IMG/VR virus record: IMGVR_UViG_3300050132_000038
Span: 124,001 to 188,000 of that record
DNA length: 64,000 nucleotides
Strand: one strand, 5' to 3'
Part shown: positions 18,008 through 27,029 of the stretch, piece by piece
How positions within the stretch are numbered: the stretch's first letter is position 1
Layout: each line of letters begins with the position of its first letter
Translations under genes and position numbers: made by a program
The notes under the pieces: model-generated
What the model saw: the letters and a program-made list of their open reading frames with translations, nothing else
Database searches by the model: none
Told to the model about the DNA's origin: nothing

Positions 18008-18778
18008 ATGAAGATCCTTATCTTATTCAGTGGTGGGCTCGATAGCCTTATTATGAAACGCTACGCAGAGGTTAACTACCCAGACGCTGAGGTAGTCTGT
18101 GCGTTCTACGATATTGGACAGGAGTACAATCATAAAGAGGTTGCAGCTCTCCCACCATTCGTTGAACAGTTAACGTTGGACTGGCTTACACCAAACGTCG
18201 AAGCCCAGAGTAAAGATGGCTCGGACTCGGGTAACATCTATATTCCTGGTCGCAACCTTGTTCTTGCAGTTGCCGCAGCCTGCAAGTACCTACCGGATCA
18301 AGTTTGGCTCGGTGCCCTGCTCGGTGAAGTACACGAGAGTGCTACCGATAAGAACTGGAAGTTCCTGGATCAAGCAAGTGACACGCTATCCTACGTGTTG
18401 TCTCCGTTCAAGCCTAACGGTGTACAGGTTAAGTTCCCCTTAGCTAACGCTGGATTCAACAAGCTGACGGCCACCAAGTGGGCATTAGACAATGGCGTTC
18501 CAGTTGAGGCAATCCTGAAATCTAGCTCCTGTCTATCTGGTGAGCACGGTAACTGCGGCAAGTGTGTAGTGTGCTTTAGACGTTGGGGAATCTTCAAACA
18601 ACTCGGAATACCCGAAGAACAGTACAATGTTCATCCCTTAGAATCTACAGAGAATGAATTGATAGCAGCCGAGATGCTGCTTGGAACTTATTACGATGAA
18701 CACCGCATCCAAGAAATTGTCCCCGCCCTCCCCGACTGGTACAAAGAAAAAGTTATCGAAAAGTACAGAACAAAATAA
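18008..18778 (+). CDS. queC: 7-cyano-7-deazaguanine synthase
   Basis: ILFSGGLDS PP-loop; YIPGRN; SSC...CGKCVVC zinc site; start at ATG 18008. Confidence 0.9.
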   Translation: MKILILFSGGLDSLIMKRYAEVNYPDAEVVCAFYDIGQEYNHKEVAALPPFVEQLTLDWLTPNVEAQSKDGSDSGNIYIPGRNLVLAVAAACKYLPDQVWLGALLGEVHESATDKNWKFLDQASDTLSYVLSPFKPNGVQVKFPLANAGFNKLTATKWALDNGVPVEAILKSSSCLSGEHGNCGKCVVCFRRWGIFKQLGIPEEQYNVHPLESTENELIAAEMLLGTYYDEHRIQEIVPALPDWYKEKVIEKYRTK

Positions 18779-20177
18779 GGTTGAAATCCTTCCTGCATCC
18801 GTTAACAGTCTGGCATTGAATGAGTTCATTGGCGTTAAGTACGGTCGGCCCAAACAGAAGGTATGGACTGCAGAACGTGTTAAGGGATTGTTCACGATCT
18901 ATCTACCTGATCGTACCGTTATGATAGGCCGTGGTAACTCAAACACGCTAGGCATTACCACTGAGGATCTGGACTCGTACTTCATGACCTCCCCAATGTC
19001 GAATCCCTCTATGCTGAAAGCTATTGGGTACAAGTACATGATGGTGACACCAGAGCGTCAGGCCACTTCGGATTACATGCGCCGGAATGGTATCATCAAG
19101 GTGTTCAGTGACTCCGGTGGGTTCCAGATGTCCAAGGGTGTTACTGAGTTCGTAGACCCCGACTTCGTTGCTTCCTTTTACAAGCAGCGTATAGACTACG
19201 GCATTGGCCTGGATGTACCACTGCCCAAGCATCTGCAGAACACCGATTGGTTCATGCGTATGTGTGACGTGCAGATCGCGAACAACAAGTACATCGCTGA
19301 ACGTCTTAAAGGTAGCCCCTGTGAATTGTATGATGTTAGCCATGGTCTTACACTAGAGAATAGAAAGCGATTCACTCACAAGGTGCTGGATAACAAAGTA
19401 GGTGTTGGCCTATCGCTAGGTGGTATTGGTCAAGCCAACTATGATACGTTGCACACGTCTACTATCATGGCCGTGCTTAATCTATGCTACGTACTGGACG
19501 CGTCAAAGGGCGTGTACGATAGATTCCACGTGCTGGGTACTACAGCCCCCTTCATGATCTCGGCGTATCACATCTTAACCGCGCTAGGAGTAGCTCCTTT
19601 CATTAGTGCGGATTCTTCGACGTACGCGCAGACCGGCCTAGCTATGAATACCAGGGGTACCATTTACCATAATGGGGCTGCCACTATCCCAAGCTTTCCT
19701 TTGGAGGATGAACACGTGTCCTATGGACTCCCTTGCTCCTGCCCGGTGTGTAGTATTGCTGGCTATCCGCAGGTGTATAGGTTGTCTGGCCCAGCTAATG
19801 GTATCCATACTCTGCACATAATGTATAAGTTGTCTGAAGTGGTTGGGGAGTACACTAAGCAGATGCTAGAGGGTCGTCCTACGCTAGAGCACCTACTTAC
19901 CCTAGTGGCTCCAAATAAATCCCAGTATCCAGTGTATCGCGCCCTCTACAAATTCTTGTTGTCGATGGACAAGGGCTTTAACAAGGCATGGGCTCTGCAT
20001 AAGGATTTCCTGCAACCGTATCTCCGCAAATCTAAGGAAGCTGACGGCCTGTTTAGTGCGTACTCTAAAATGCCAGAAGCTTTGAAGAAGGCGGAAGAGA
20101 ACACTACTAAGGCTATCTTGAGGTACGAGAAATTCCACGGCATTGGTCCTCAGGTAAAGACGAAGGGGAAGAAGTAA
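18681..20177 (+). CDS. dpdA: TGT-family transglycosylase, DpdA-like (start uncertain, 18681 or 18696)
   Basis: DSGGFQ, GLDVP, HVLG, SADSST catalytic motifs; CSCPVC...H zinc site; lies among que genes. Confidence 0.75.
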   Translation: MELITMNTASKKLSPPSPTGTKKKLSKSTEQNKVEILPASVNSLALNEFIGVKYGRPKQKVWTAERVKGLFTIYLPDRTVMIGRGNSNTLGITTEDLDSYFMTSPMSNPSMLKAIGYKYMMVTPERQATSDYMRRNGIIKVFSDSGGFQMSKGVTEFVDPDFVASFYKQRIDYGIGLDVPLPKHLQNTDWFMRMCDVQIANNKYIAERLKGSPCELYDVSHGLTLENRKRFTHKVLDNKVGVGLSLGGIGQANYDTLHTSTIMAVLNLCYVLDASKGVYDRFHVLGTTAPFMISAYHILTALGVAPFISADSSTYAQTGLAMNTRGTIYHNGAATIPSFPLEDEHVSYGLPCSCPVCSIAGYPQVYRLSGPANGIHTLHIMYKLSEVVGEYTKQMLEGRPTLEHLLTLVAPNKSQYPVYRALYKFLLSMDKGFNKAWALHKDFLQPYLRKSKEADGLFSAYSKMPEALKKAEENTTKAILRYEKFHGIGPQVKTKGKK

Positions 20178-20617
20178 TGCGTGAACTGAAATACATAGAC
20201 TTAGAGAACGTATACGGCTATCCCTCGTTATCTCCTACCTTTATCAAGTGGCTGAAAGCTCGTGGTAACGTTCAACTTGTTATAGCCTTACACAACTTGG
20301 AAAAGGTTGAGCGCACAAAAGAGTTCATCATAGTGGTAACTGGGCTACCTTATCTGGAGTCGTGTGGTGTACCCATCTTAGGGTATAACTGCACTGAGGT
20401 AGGTCTGTGGCATCGAGGTGATCTTCCAACTAAGTTGAGACCTAATAAGGTACACATCTTACTCCCCAAGTTCCAAGGGGAGATGGCGGACACAAAGACT
20501 CTATACAACTTGTATGTAAATGATGTTATGAGCGAAACTTTCAGTCCTCGCTTCACTACGTACCATACCACGGAATGCTTGAACGACCGAGTATTCCGTC
20601 ACAAGAGAAAGACATGA
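20177..20617 (+). CDS. Hypothetical protein in the deazaguanine cluster
   Basis: Coupled to the DpdA-like gene (TAATG) and queE (ATGA). Confidence 0.6.
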   Translation: MRELKYIDLENVYGYPSLSPTFIKWLKARGNVQLVIALHNLEKVERTKEFIIVVTGLPYLESCGVPILGYNCTEVGLWHRGDLPTKLRPNKVHILLPKFQGEMADTKTLYNLYVNDVMSETFSPRFTTYHTTECLNDRVFRHKRKT

Positions 20618-21414
20618 TTCCAATTATCCAGCACCGCGACAAGGCTATAACTCCAGCGAAGTATAAGCCATTCAAGGACAACCTACTTATAACTTCCGTG
20701 TTCCGCACGATTCAGTCCGAAGGTCCGTTCTCAGGTCACCCAGCGGTATTCGTCCGTACCGCTGGTTGTAACTTCGGAGCAAAAGATCCCAAAGGAATGT
20801 GCTCGTGGTGTGACACGGCCTTCGAGTTCGACAAAGGCTTACTGTACTCGCCTGAGAAGCTCCTAGAGGTTGTGCTGACCTTGCCTGGGTATAACTCTAA
20901 GGACATCTTGGTATTAACTGGTGGGGAGCCTACCCTCCAGCATAACCTGATTAAGTTCATGGAGATCGCGCAGCCTTGCTTCCGGGCTATTCAGATTGAG
21001 ACTAACGGGACACAACCCTCATTCTTCTTGGCACTCCTCAGTACTCAGGTACACCTCCCCCATGTAGTAGTGAGTCCTAAGGCATCGTCTACGACAGGGA
21101 CGTATCCAATGATCTCAGACAGAGTTCTAGGTGCGACTCGAGCACTCAAGTTTGTAGTCACGGCAGACCCTAGTGATCCGCAGCACGTAGTTCCTGAGTG
21201 GGCATTTAGGAATCAACACTATGGATACGAGCTTTACGTCTCCCCGATGGCTATATACAAACGAGCTTACGACGGTGAAGTATCCAACGCCTGGGACCCA
21301 ACGCTGATCGACCAAGAAGCAACCGCCCGCAACTATGCCTATGCTGCAAAGTACGCAATGGAACATAACTGCTTGCTTTCAATCCAGGGTCATCTCTTCA
21401 CGGCAGTTCCCTGA
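20614..21414 (+). CDS. queE: 7-carboxy-7-deazaguanine synthase (radical SAM)
   Basis: TIQSEGPFSG.PAVFVR; C-x10-C-x2-C; LTGGEP; IETNG; SPK. Confidence 0.9.
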   Translation: MIPIIQHRDKAITPAKYKPFKDNLLITSVFRTIQSEGPFSGHPAVFVRTAGCNFGAKDPKGMCSWCDTAFEFDKGLLYSPEKLLEVVLTLPGYNSKDILVLTGGEPTLQHNLIKFMEIAQPCFRAIQIETNGTQPSFFLALLSTQVHLPHVVVSPKASSTTGTYPMISDRVLGATRALKFVVTADPSDPQHVVPEWAFRNQHYGYELYVSPMAIYKRAYDGEVSNAWDPTLIDQEATARNYAYAAKYAMEHNCLLSIQGHLFTAVP

Positions 21415-21421
21415 GGCTGAT

Positions 21422-21751
21422 ATGCGCAAATTTCTGGTTACGGCTGATGGCAACGAGTATGAGTTGAGCCCACTCACGCAAGAAGAATTCACAAAAATCA
21501 ATCTGTGGTGCGGCGGTGACGATATGGCATTCGATGCTTGGCTGCGTGCCAACCGCCTGCATGAACTAGACAGCTTTCGTAGCGAAGTACTTCAGCAAAG
21601 CGTTATTGAGATGCGCAACGAAACTGTCGACCTCCTGTTCGATCCGTCGGGTGAGAATTTCATTCCCTATTCCGAAGTTCGCGCACAGTCCATTTCCTCT
21701 CAGACGTTTCAGAACAAACTCAACCAACAGCTCAGGGATGCGTACTCATGA
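21422..21751 (+). CDS. Hypothetical protein
   Basis: GAGG RBS before ATG 21422. Confidence 0.55.
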   Translation: MRKFLVTADGNEYELSPLTQEEFTKINLWCGGDDMAFDAWLRANRLHELDSFRSEVLQQSVIEMRNETVDLLFDPSGENFIPYSEVRAQSISSQTFQNKLNQQLRDAYS

Positions 21752-22071
21752 ACCCAAAGTGCAAAGTATGCGGTACACCGATGCCCTTGCGAGATGGTAA
21801 GTTTGGGCCTTTCTATTTCTGCCCTAGGTCGAAAGGATTCGTTAAGCACGGGACAATAACTAAAGCAGCCTACGACGCTCAACTTACTGCAGGTCTTGCT
21901 AAGGTATATAAACGAGACACAGAAGATCAGCAGATGGTGGATCATTTCAAGCGGGTAGAAGCCGCGGGTGCTGGCTCACTGTCGTCCTCAGTAATAGATT
22001 TCTATGTAGACCACTCACTGTCTTCCGATGAGAGCGATCCTGAGTGGGATAACATTTTACCTCTAGGTTAG
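21748..22071 (+). CDS. Protein with topoisomerase C4-type zinc-ribbon N-terminus
   Basis: CKVCGTPMPLRDGKFGPFYFC. Confidence 0.6.
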   Translation: MNPKCKVCGTPMPLRDGKFGPFYFCPRSKGFVKHGTITKAAYDAQLTAGLAKVYKRDTEDQQMVDHFKRVEAAGAGSLSSSVIDFYVDHSLSSDESDPEWDNILPLG

Positions 22072-22074
22072 ATT

Positions 22075-22728
22075 ATGACTTATTCAAAAGATAAAGATGT
22101 AGGTTTCGCAGTTCACCAGCACCTTGTAGAAGTTGGTGTTGAAACCCCGTTCACTCAGAAGAAGATCGACAAGACAAATCTTGAATATCTGTTCACCCAG
22201 ATCATGCGTGAGGTCGGGCTTGATCTAAAGGATGATTCTCTGAACGAGACCCCGCGCCGTCTTGCTAAGCTGTACTCAGACGAGTACTTCTACGGCCTGG
22301 ACTACAATAACTTTCCCAAGGCTACCGTAGTAGCGAACAAGTTTAACTATGACGAGATGCTTATCGAGCGTAACGTTAAAGTTAACTCGCTGTGCGAACA
22401 TCATTTTTTAAGTATCCTAGGTGGTGCCTTCATTGCATACATTCCCGAGAAGAAAGTATTAGGCTTGTCTAAGCTCAACCGCATTGTGGACTTCTTCTGC
22501 CGGCGTCCTCAGATTCAAGAGCGACTTACTGCCCAGATCTATCACGCACTATCCTTCCTTCTTGAGACAGAGAACGTTGCCGTGGTTATTGAAGCGGAGC
22601 ACCTCTGTGTCAAGACCCGCGGTATTATGGACGCGTGCTCGGATACCGTTACCTCGCAGTTAGGCGGCTCATTCAGGATTCCTGAGGTGCGTGCTGAGTT
22701 CATCTCCTTGTCTAAGGGGCTACGATGA
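22075..22728 (+). CDS. folE: GTP cyclohydrolase I
   Basis: ETPRR; SLCEHH; GLSKLNR; RRPQIQERLT; HLC. Confidence 0.95.
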   Translation: MTYSKDKDVGFAVHQHLVEVGVETPFTQKKIDKTNLEYLFTQIMREVGLDLKDDSLNETPRRLAKLYSDEYFYGLDYNNFPKATVVANKFNYDEMLIERNVKVNSLCEHHFLSILGGAFIAYIPEKKVLGLSKLNRIVDFFCRRPQIQERLTAQIYHALSFLLETENVAVVIEAEHLCVKTRGIMDACSDTVTSQLGGSFRIPEVRAEFISLSKGLR

Positions 22729-22922
22729 ATATTCAAGCAATCGCTACTGGTGTAATGATAGCCGAGTTTGAAGGTGCTGGGACAGTATTCAACGGTGAAG
22801 AGAAGATCGGTCTGCGGTTAGTCGGCCCAGAAGGCGTCTTCATTGCTTACCTACCCAACGATGCCGCAGCCGATCTCTCCGATCTTATTAAATCCTCACT
22901 AGAAACCGGTCGTATCGTCTAG
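22725..22922 (+). CDS. Hypothetical protein
   Basis: ATGA coupling. Confidence 0.55.
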   Translation: MNIQAIATGVMIAEFEGAGTVFNGEEKIGLRLVGPEGVFIAYLPNDAAADLSDLIKSSLETGRIV

Positions 22923-22965
22923 AGGATTGAAATGAGGAACATTGTAGTCTTCGATAAGGAATGAT

Positions 22966-23433
22966 ATGGGTCGCCGTAATCTCGTAGTCTTCGATATAGA
23001 TGGTGTACTTATGGACTCAGAGCATCGCCTACCTCATATGCTGGCAGGTGACTTCCCTAAGTACTTCAAGATGTGGCAGTACGATACACCTCTACCCCCA
23101 GGTATTGCAGTGTGCAAAATGTTTATTGCTAATCCTGAGTACCGTGTGATCTTCTGTACAGGAAGAAGCGACACGCTTGTGCACAGGATTGGTACCCTAA
23201 CTCAGTTGCAAAACAATATTAGCCCCAAGATCCGTGACTCGCAACTGTTAATGCGGGAGTATCCAGAGGTTGGTCCTCACCTGCACGATACAGTGAAGAA
23301 GCCGTTGATGATTGAACAGGCAGGCTACTCACTCGATAACATCTTCATGGTATTTGAAGACCGGAATTCAATAGTAGATATGTGGAGGGAACGGGGTATT
23401 ACTGTCTATCATACACAGGACGGAGATTTCTAA
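22966..23433 (+). CDS. HAD-superfamily phosphatase (polynucleotide kinase/phosphatase-like domain)
   Basis: VVFDIDGVL; CTGR; FEDR...VDMWR. Confidence 0.8.
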   Translation: MGRRNLVVFDIDGVLMDSEHRLPHMLAGDFPKYFKMWQYDTPLPPGIAVCKMFIANPEYRVIFCTGRSDTLVHRIGTLTQLQNNISPKIRDSQLLMREYPEVGPHLHDTVKKPLMIEQAGYSLDNIFMVFEDRNSIVDMWRERGITVYHTQDGDF

Positions 23434-23943
23434 ATGAAAGCTGTCGACATAAACAAAGGGAGTTGGCACTTCTGGTTGGCCTCCCAGGTTAGCTGGAAGC
23501 AGACCTACTACAGTAACAAACTTTGTAAGCGAGTACCTACTGACTTCTGTTACTATGTGCGCCGAGTCATCCTAGGATTTATTTGGGTAGCTATCTTAGC
23601 TTCAGTTGCACTAGCTCTAGCTGGTCTCTACCTGTACTCTGGGTACTACACAGTACAGTGGGTGCTAGATATGATCCACCAGGGTAAGTTCTTCCAAGGT
23701 CCAGGTGAGGCTGGCCCCTTCCTATTCATCACCAGCATGACCTTGGCCGTAGGTATAGCACTAGGTGTTATATTGTGTATCGCTCAAGCACTAAAGTGGC
23801 GTGATACTAGGTGCTATTTGGCACGAGAGCTTGCTCGTAGTAGAGCTGAGCCAACACTCCTTCTTAAAGAACCCTCCTTCGTACAAGTTGCGTATCGTTC
23901 TATCAAAGACAAAGTGTGTTTCCGTATTAACATCGTGGAGTAA
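23434..23943 (+). CDS. Membrane protein
   Basis: Two long hydrophobic segments. Confidence 0.65.
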   Translation: MKAVDINKGSWHFWLASQVSWKQTYYSNKLCKRVPTDFCYYVRRVILGFIWVAILASVALALAGLYLYSGYYTVQWVLDMIHQGKFFQGPGEAGPFLFITSMTLAVGIALGVILCIAQALKWRDTRCYLARELARSRAEPTLLLKEPSFVQVAYRSIKDKVCFRINIVE

Positions 23944-23947
23944 GACA

Positions 23948-24856
23948 TTGGACAATAAACTATTCACCGGCAAGCAGTGCTCCGTTACAATTATCGAAGA
24001 CTCAGTGTCGCAGTTGACTCGTAAGAGACTGACTACCCTGCAGTTGCGCTACTGGCGTGCTGTACACTCGGAGTTCATGACGCACCGGATGTTCTCCCGT
24101 AACGCTAGTTCGAGCCGTGCTATTCCTACTGAGAGGTTGCTTTATCAAGTTGAGGAATTTCCTGCGTGTCCTGTACACTGGGGTAAGAACGAGTCAGGTA
24201 TGCAGGCGCGCGAAGAGCACAATGAGTTGGTGAAGCACCCTGTAACCGGAGAGTTCATGTCCCGCGAGGAAGCCTGGCGAGAAGCTTCTCGCAGCTCTAG
24301 TGCCTGGGCTCGTACCTTCGCTGATGCTGGTTATCATAAGCAAATCGTTAACCGCTTGGTTGAGCCTGCGTCCTTCATCTCTGTTGTAGTGACTGCGAGT
24401 GAGTGGGATAACTTCTTTGCCTTGCGTGACCACGAGGACGCACAGCCTGAGATTCAAGACTTAGCACGAACCATGAAGAAGGCAATGGATGCTTCTTCGG
24501 CGCGTGTTATTCATCCGGGTAAGCTTAGTGACCCTCGCACTTGGCATCTCCCCTACATTCAGATGTACGAGCGCCAGGCTTATACCGTTCCTCAGCTTCT
24601 CGGAATGTCTGCTGCACGTAATGCTCGGGTATCCTACCTGACTCACGACAATCAGAACCCGAAGATCGAAAATGACATTGGGTTGTATCGTCGTCTGGTG
24701 GAGTCGAAGCCCTTGCATGCTTCACCCTTGGAGCACCAAGCGTACTGTTCTGCATCCAAGGAACCCTCGGCTAACTTCACCGGTGGTTGGATTCAGCATC
24801 GTCGCTTGCTGGAAAACGCAGGGTCGATTGACAACCTAGCAGTAGCTCTTAAGTAA
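23948..24856 (+). CDS. thyX: Flavin-dependent thymidylate synthase
   Basis: EFMTHRMFSRNASSSRAIP; FFALR; HASPLEH; start set at TTG 23948. Confidence 0.88.
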   Translation: MDNKLFTGKQCSVTIIEDSVSQLTRKRLTTLQLRYWRAVHSEFMTHRMFSRNASSSRAIPTERLLYQVEEFPACPVHWGKNESGMQAREEHNELVKHPVTGEFMSREEAWREASRSSSAWARTFADAGYHKQIVNRLVEPASFISVVVTASEWDNFFALRDHEDAQPEIQDLARTMKKAMDASSARVIHPGKLSDPRTWHLPYIQMYERQAYTVPQLLGMSAARNARVSYLTHDNQNPKIENDIGLYRRLVESKPLHASPLEHQAYCSASKEPSANFTGGWIQHRRLLENAGSIDNLAVALK

Positions 24857-24912
24857 AGACTAGGGTGCTCCATAAATTTTAGTAGTGTAAATAGTTATAT
24901 AAGGAGCACCCA

Positions 24913-25335
24913 ATGCTAACGCTTAAACAGATTGTACAAAAGGTAGATGCTTTTCGCAAAGAAGGTTCCCGGTACGTGCGTATAGTGCAGGTCAAGAAGG
25001 GCTTCGATAGCCTAGGGAGAGGCTTCATAGCGGCCGCCTCATACTCAACACACATCATAGGACCTGACGGTAAGCCTAAGGTCAACAGAGGTCCTCACCG
25101 TTACGTAACCGTTATAACGTTCCTCGATAAGAAGCTACACGTCCAGTGCTCGTGCTCATGCGATGACCAGCAGTACAGGTGGGAAGTTGCTCTAGCAGAG
25201 AAGGGTGCCGCAGAGATTGAATATTCGGATGGCTCTATGCCCAATACTACAAACCCATCTCGGCGCGCTGCCTGCTGCAAGCACCTCCGGGCCCTATACG
25301 ACCAGAAGCTAGCAGGTAAGATCCCAGGACTATAG
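24913..25335 (+). CDS. SWIM zinc-finger protein
   Basis: CSC...CCKH; AAGGAG RBS. Confidence 0.65.
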   Translation: MLTLKQIVQKVDAFRKEGSRYVRIVQVKKGFDSLGRGFIAAASYSTHIIGPDGKPKVNRGPHRYVTVITFLDKKLHVQCSCSCDDQQYRWEVALAEKGAAEIEYSDGSMPNTTNPSRRAACCKHLRALYDQKLAGKIPGL

Positions 25336-25338
25336 ACT

Positions 25339-26307
25339 ATGAGTTACCAGCACAGCAAAAGCTTTGAACAGCTAAAGGGCATCAACGAGTCGATCACCGG
25401 GAACCTTACTAGTCTGCAGTACCTACAGACTTTGGATATGTTTCTGTGGCGTGCTCTGGAACCTATTCACTCTGAGTGCCCCTCGCTGTTCAACAACTAT
25501 CTGGCTAAGGTGGTTGCGCACCAATCACTAAGAGCCTCAACCAAGTTTAGCTCAGATGACAGGACGAAGTTGCCTATCCTGTTGTTCAACCTGTTGTCTG
25601 AGCCGGACCCGAAGAAAGCACACGAGCATGCCAAGTCTATGCACATTAATCGTGGCATACTCTTCGGCTTCATCTCCATGTTCCTTAACAAGCTAAAGTA
25701 CTACGAAACGCTTAACTCCCCCTTCGTAGAGCTTGATGGTGTTTTCCGTAAGTCAGAGATGTATCGTATCGAGCAGGAGATGGGCTTACGCACAGGTGGT
25801 TCCCTCTACGCAGCAATGCAGCAGGTTCGCTACTGGGACGAGAAGGCTCGTGACTTCAAAGGTAAGATAATCCAGAAGTACACGCGCATGGCCCTGTTAA
25901 ACGCTAAGGCGGCCTATGCAGATTACAACCACTACGTTAAGCTAGACGACGTGGTACAAGTATATCTTATGATCGTCTCCAAGGCCATTGATCGCTGCGA
26001 TGCACGCCAGGGAGTACTTACTACCTTCATTCAGAGTTGGTTCAAGAGTGCCAAGTCGGAAGTCGCAAACATGGCTAAGGGTCAACTAGATCAATCCTAT
26101 GAAGCCTTATCAGAAGAACATGGTGATGCAGTCTCCGATATTATCGGATTCTCGTTACCCGATACAACCTCAGAGCTAGAGCAGCATATCTCATACGTTG
26201 CGAAGCAGATGGATCGACAAGGGTACATTAGAGCAGCCTTGCATATTCCTGAGTTCATGACGTTGGATCAGAAAGCTATTCTAGAACGCCACGCAGTGAG
26301 GAGCTAG
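25339..26307 (+). CDS. Phage sigma-70-like factor (region 2)
   Basis: LDDVVQ...KAIDRCDARQGVLTTFIQSWFK matches the sigma region 2.2-2.4 pattern; no clear region 4. Confidence 0.65.
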   Translation: MSYQHSKSFEQLKGINESITGNLTSLQYLQTLDMFLWRALEPIHSECPSLFNNYLAKVVAHQSLRASTKFSSDDRTKLPILLFNLLSEPDPKKAHEHAKSMHINRGILFGFISMFLNKLKYYETLNSPFVELDGVFRKSEMYRIEQEMGLRTGGSLYAAMQQVRYWDEKARDFKGKIIQKYTRMALLNAKAAYADYNHYVKLDDVVQVYLMIVSKAIDRCDARQGVLTTFIQSWFKSAKSEVANMAKGQLDQSYEALSEEHGDAVSDIIGFSLPDTTSELEQHISYVAKQMDRQGYIRAALHIPEFMTLDQKAILERHAVRS

Positions 26308-26309
26308 CT

Positions 26310-26513
26310 ATGCGAAAGACGATGACACCTGAGGCTGCGAGCGCCTACCTAGCTGATGATTCTAACTTCTGGCCGAATGACGAACTGTGTTACGTGTGCG
26401 GCGACCTGTACGATTCGCTCTCGGTGGAGTATCGAGGTAAGATTTTCTGTCGAGACAAATGTTGCCGAGATTACATGCGTGTGGTTTCCGCCGCTAGACT
26501 AACTAGGAATTAA
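26310..26513 (+). CDS. Small zinc-finger protein
   Basis: CYVC...FCRDKCC. Confidence 0.55.
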   Translation: MRKTMTPEAASAYLADDSNFWPNDELCYVCGDLYDSLSVEYRGKIFCRDKCCRDYMRVVSAARLTRN

Positions 26514-26515
26514 AT

Positions 26516-26653
26516 ATGGAACACGAACAAACAGAAGTCCTTGAAGTAACCCCGCAGGAATTTCAAAAGTTGACTGACGCTCTGGAAAAGTATTCGGAGC
26601 CGAATAATGCGCTAAAGAAAGCAATGGCAAGGGTTCGCAATGCAGAACATTGA
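26516..26653 (+). CDS. 45-aa peptide resembling the DUF1778 C-terminal segment (not in the ORF track)
   Basis: AGGA RBS; MEHEQTEVLEVTPQEFQKLTDALEKYSEPNNALKKAMARVRNAEH. Confidence 0.5.
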   Translation: MEHEQTEVLEVTPQEFQKLTDALEKYSEPNNALKKAMARVRNAEH

Positions 26654-27005
26654 AAGCTTGAACATGAGTATAACGGTGCTCAAGTCTTTGCTGTCGGACT
26701 ATGCACTACGAGCTAATCAGGCGGAGGCTATCACAGGCCGTCTCATGTCCGACAAATTAGATGACAAACAATTTAAGGCATTGATCTTGGCAATGAATGA
26801 GCAGATGGATGTACGTTCAAAGGAACGGGCGGTTCATCAACAGGCATTGATACAGGCTACCATCATTAGTCTGGAGGCAGCATCCAAAGAGGATGATGCT
26901 AAGTTTAGGGCTAGTGTGCAGGAGGTAGTGAAGCAGCTAGTTACTGCCCAATCAAACATGAATCCTTCGTCAAAAGCTCCTGTAAATAAACAGACAAACG
27001 TTTAA
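26640..27005 (+). CDS. Helical hypothetical protein
   Basis: 121 aa ORF. Confidence 0.6.
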   Translation: MQNIESLNMSITVLKSLLSDYALRANQAEAITGRLMSDKLDDKQFKALILAMNEQMDVRSKERAVHQQALIQATIISLEAASKEDDAKFRASVQEVVKQLVTAQSNMNPSSKAPVNKQTNV

Positions 27006-27029
27006 CCCTTTCCCTAGTTGGAGTGAACA

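Larger units (their letters stand above)
2868..26988 (+). promoter_or_regulatory. Recurrent TGTAAATA motif (putative phage promoter class 1)
   Basis: Copies at 2868, 6607, 10733, 12791, 15498, 24886, 26981 (also 57104); six lie just upstream of gene or RNA starts. Confidence 0.6.
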
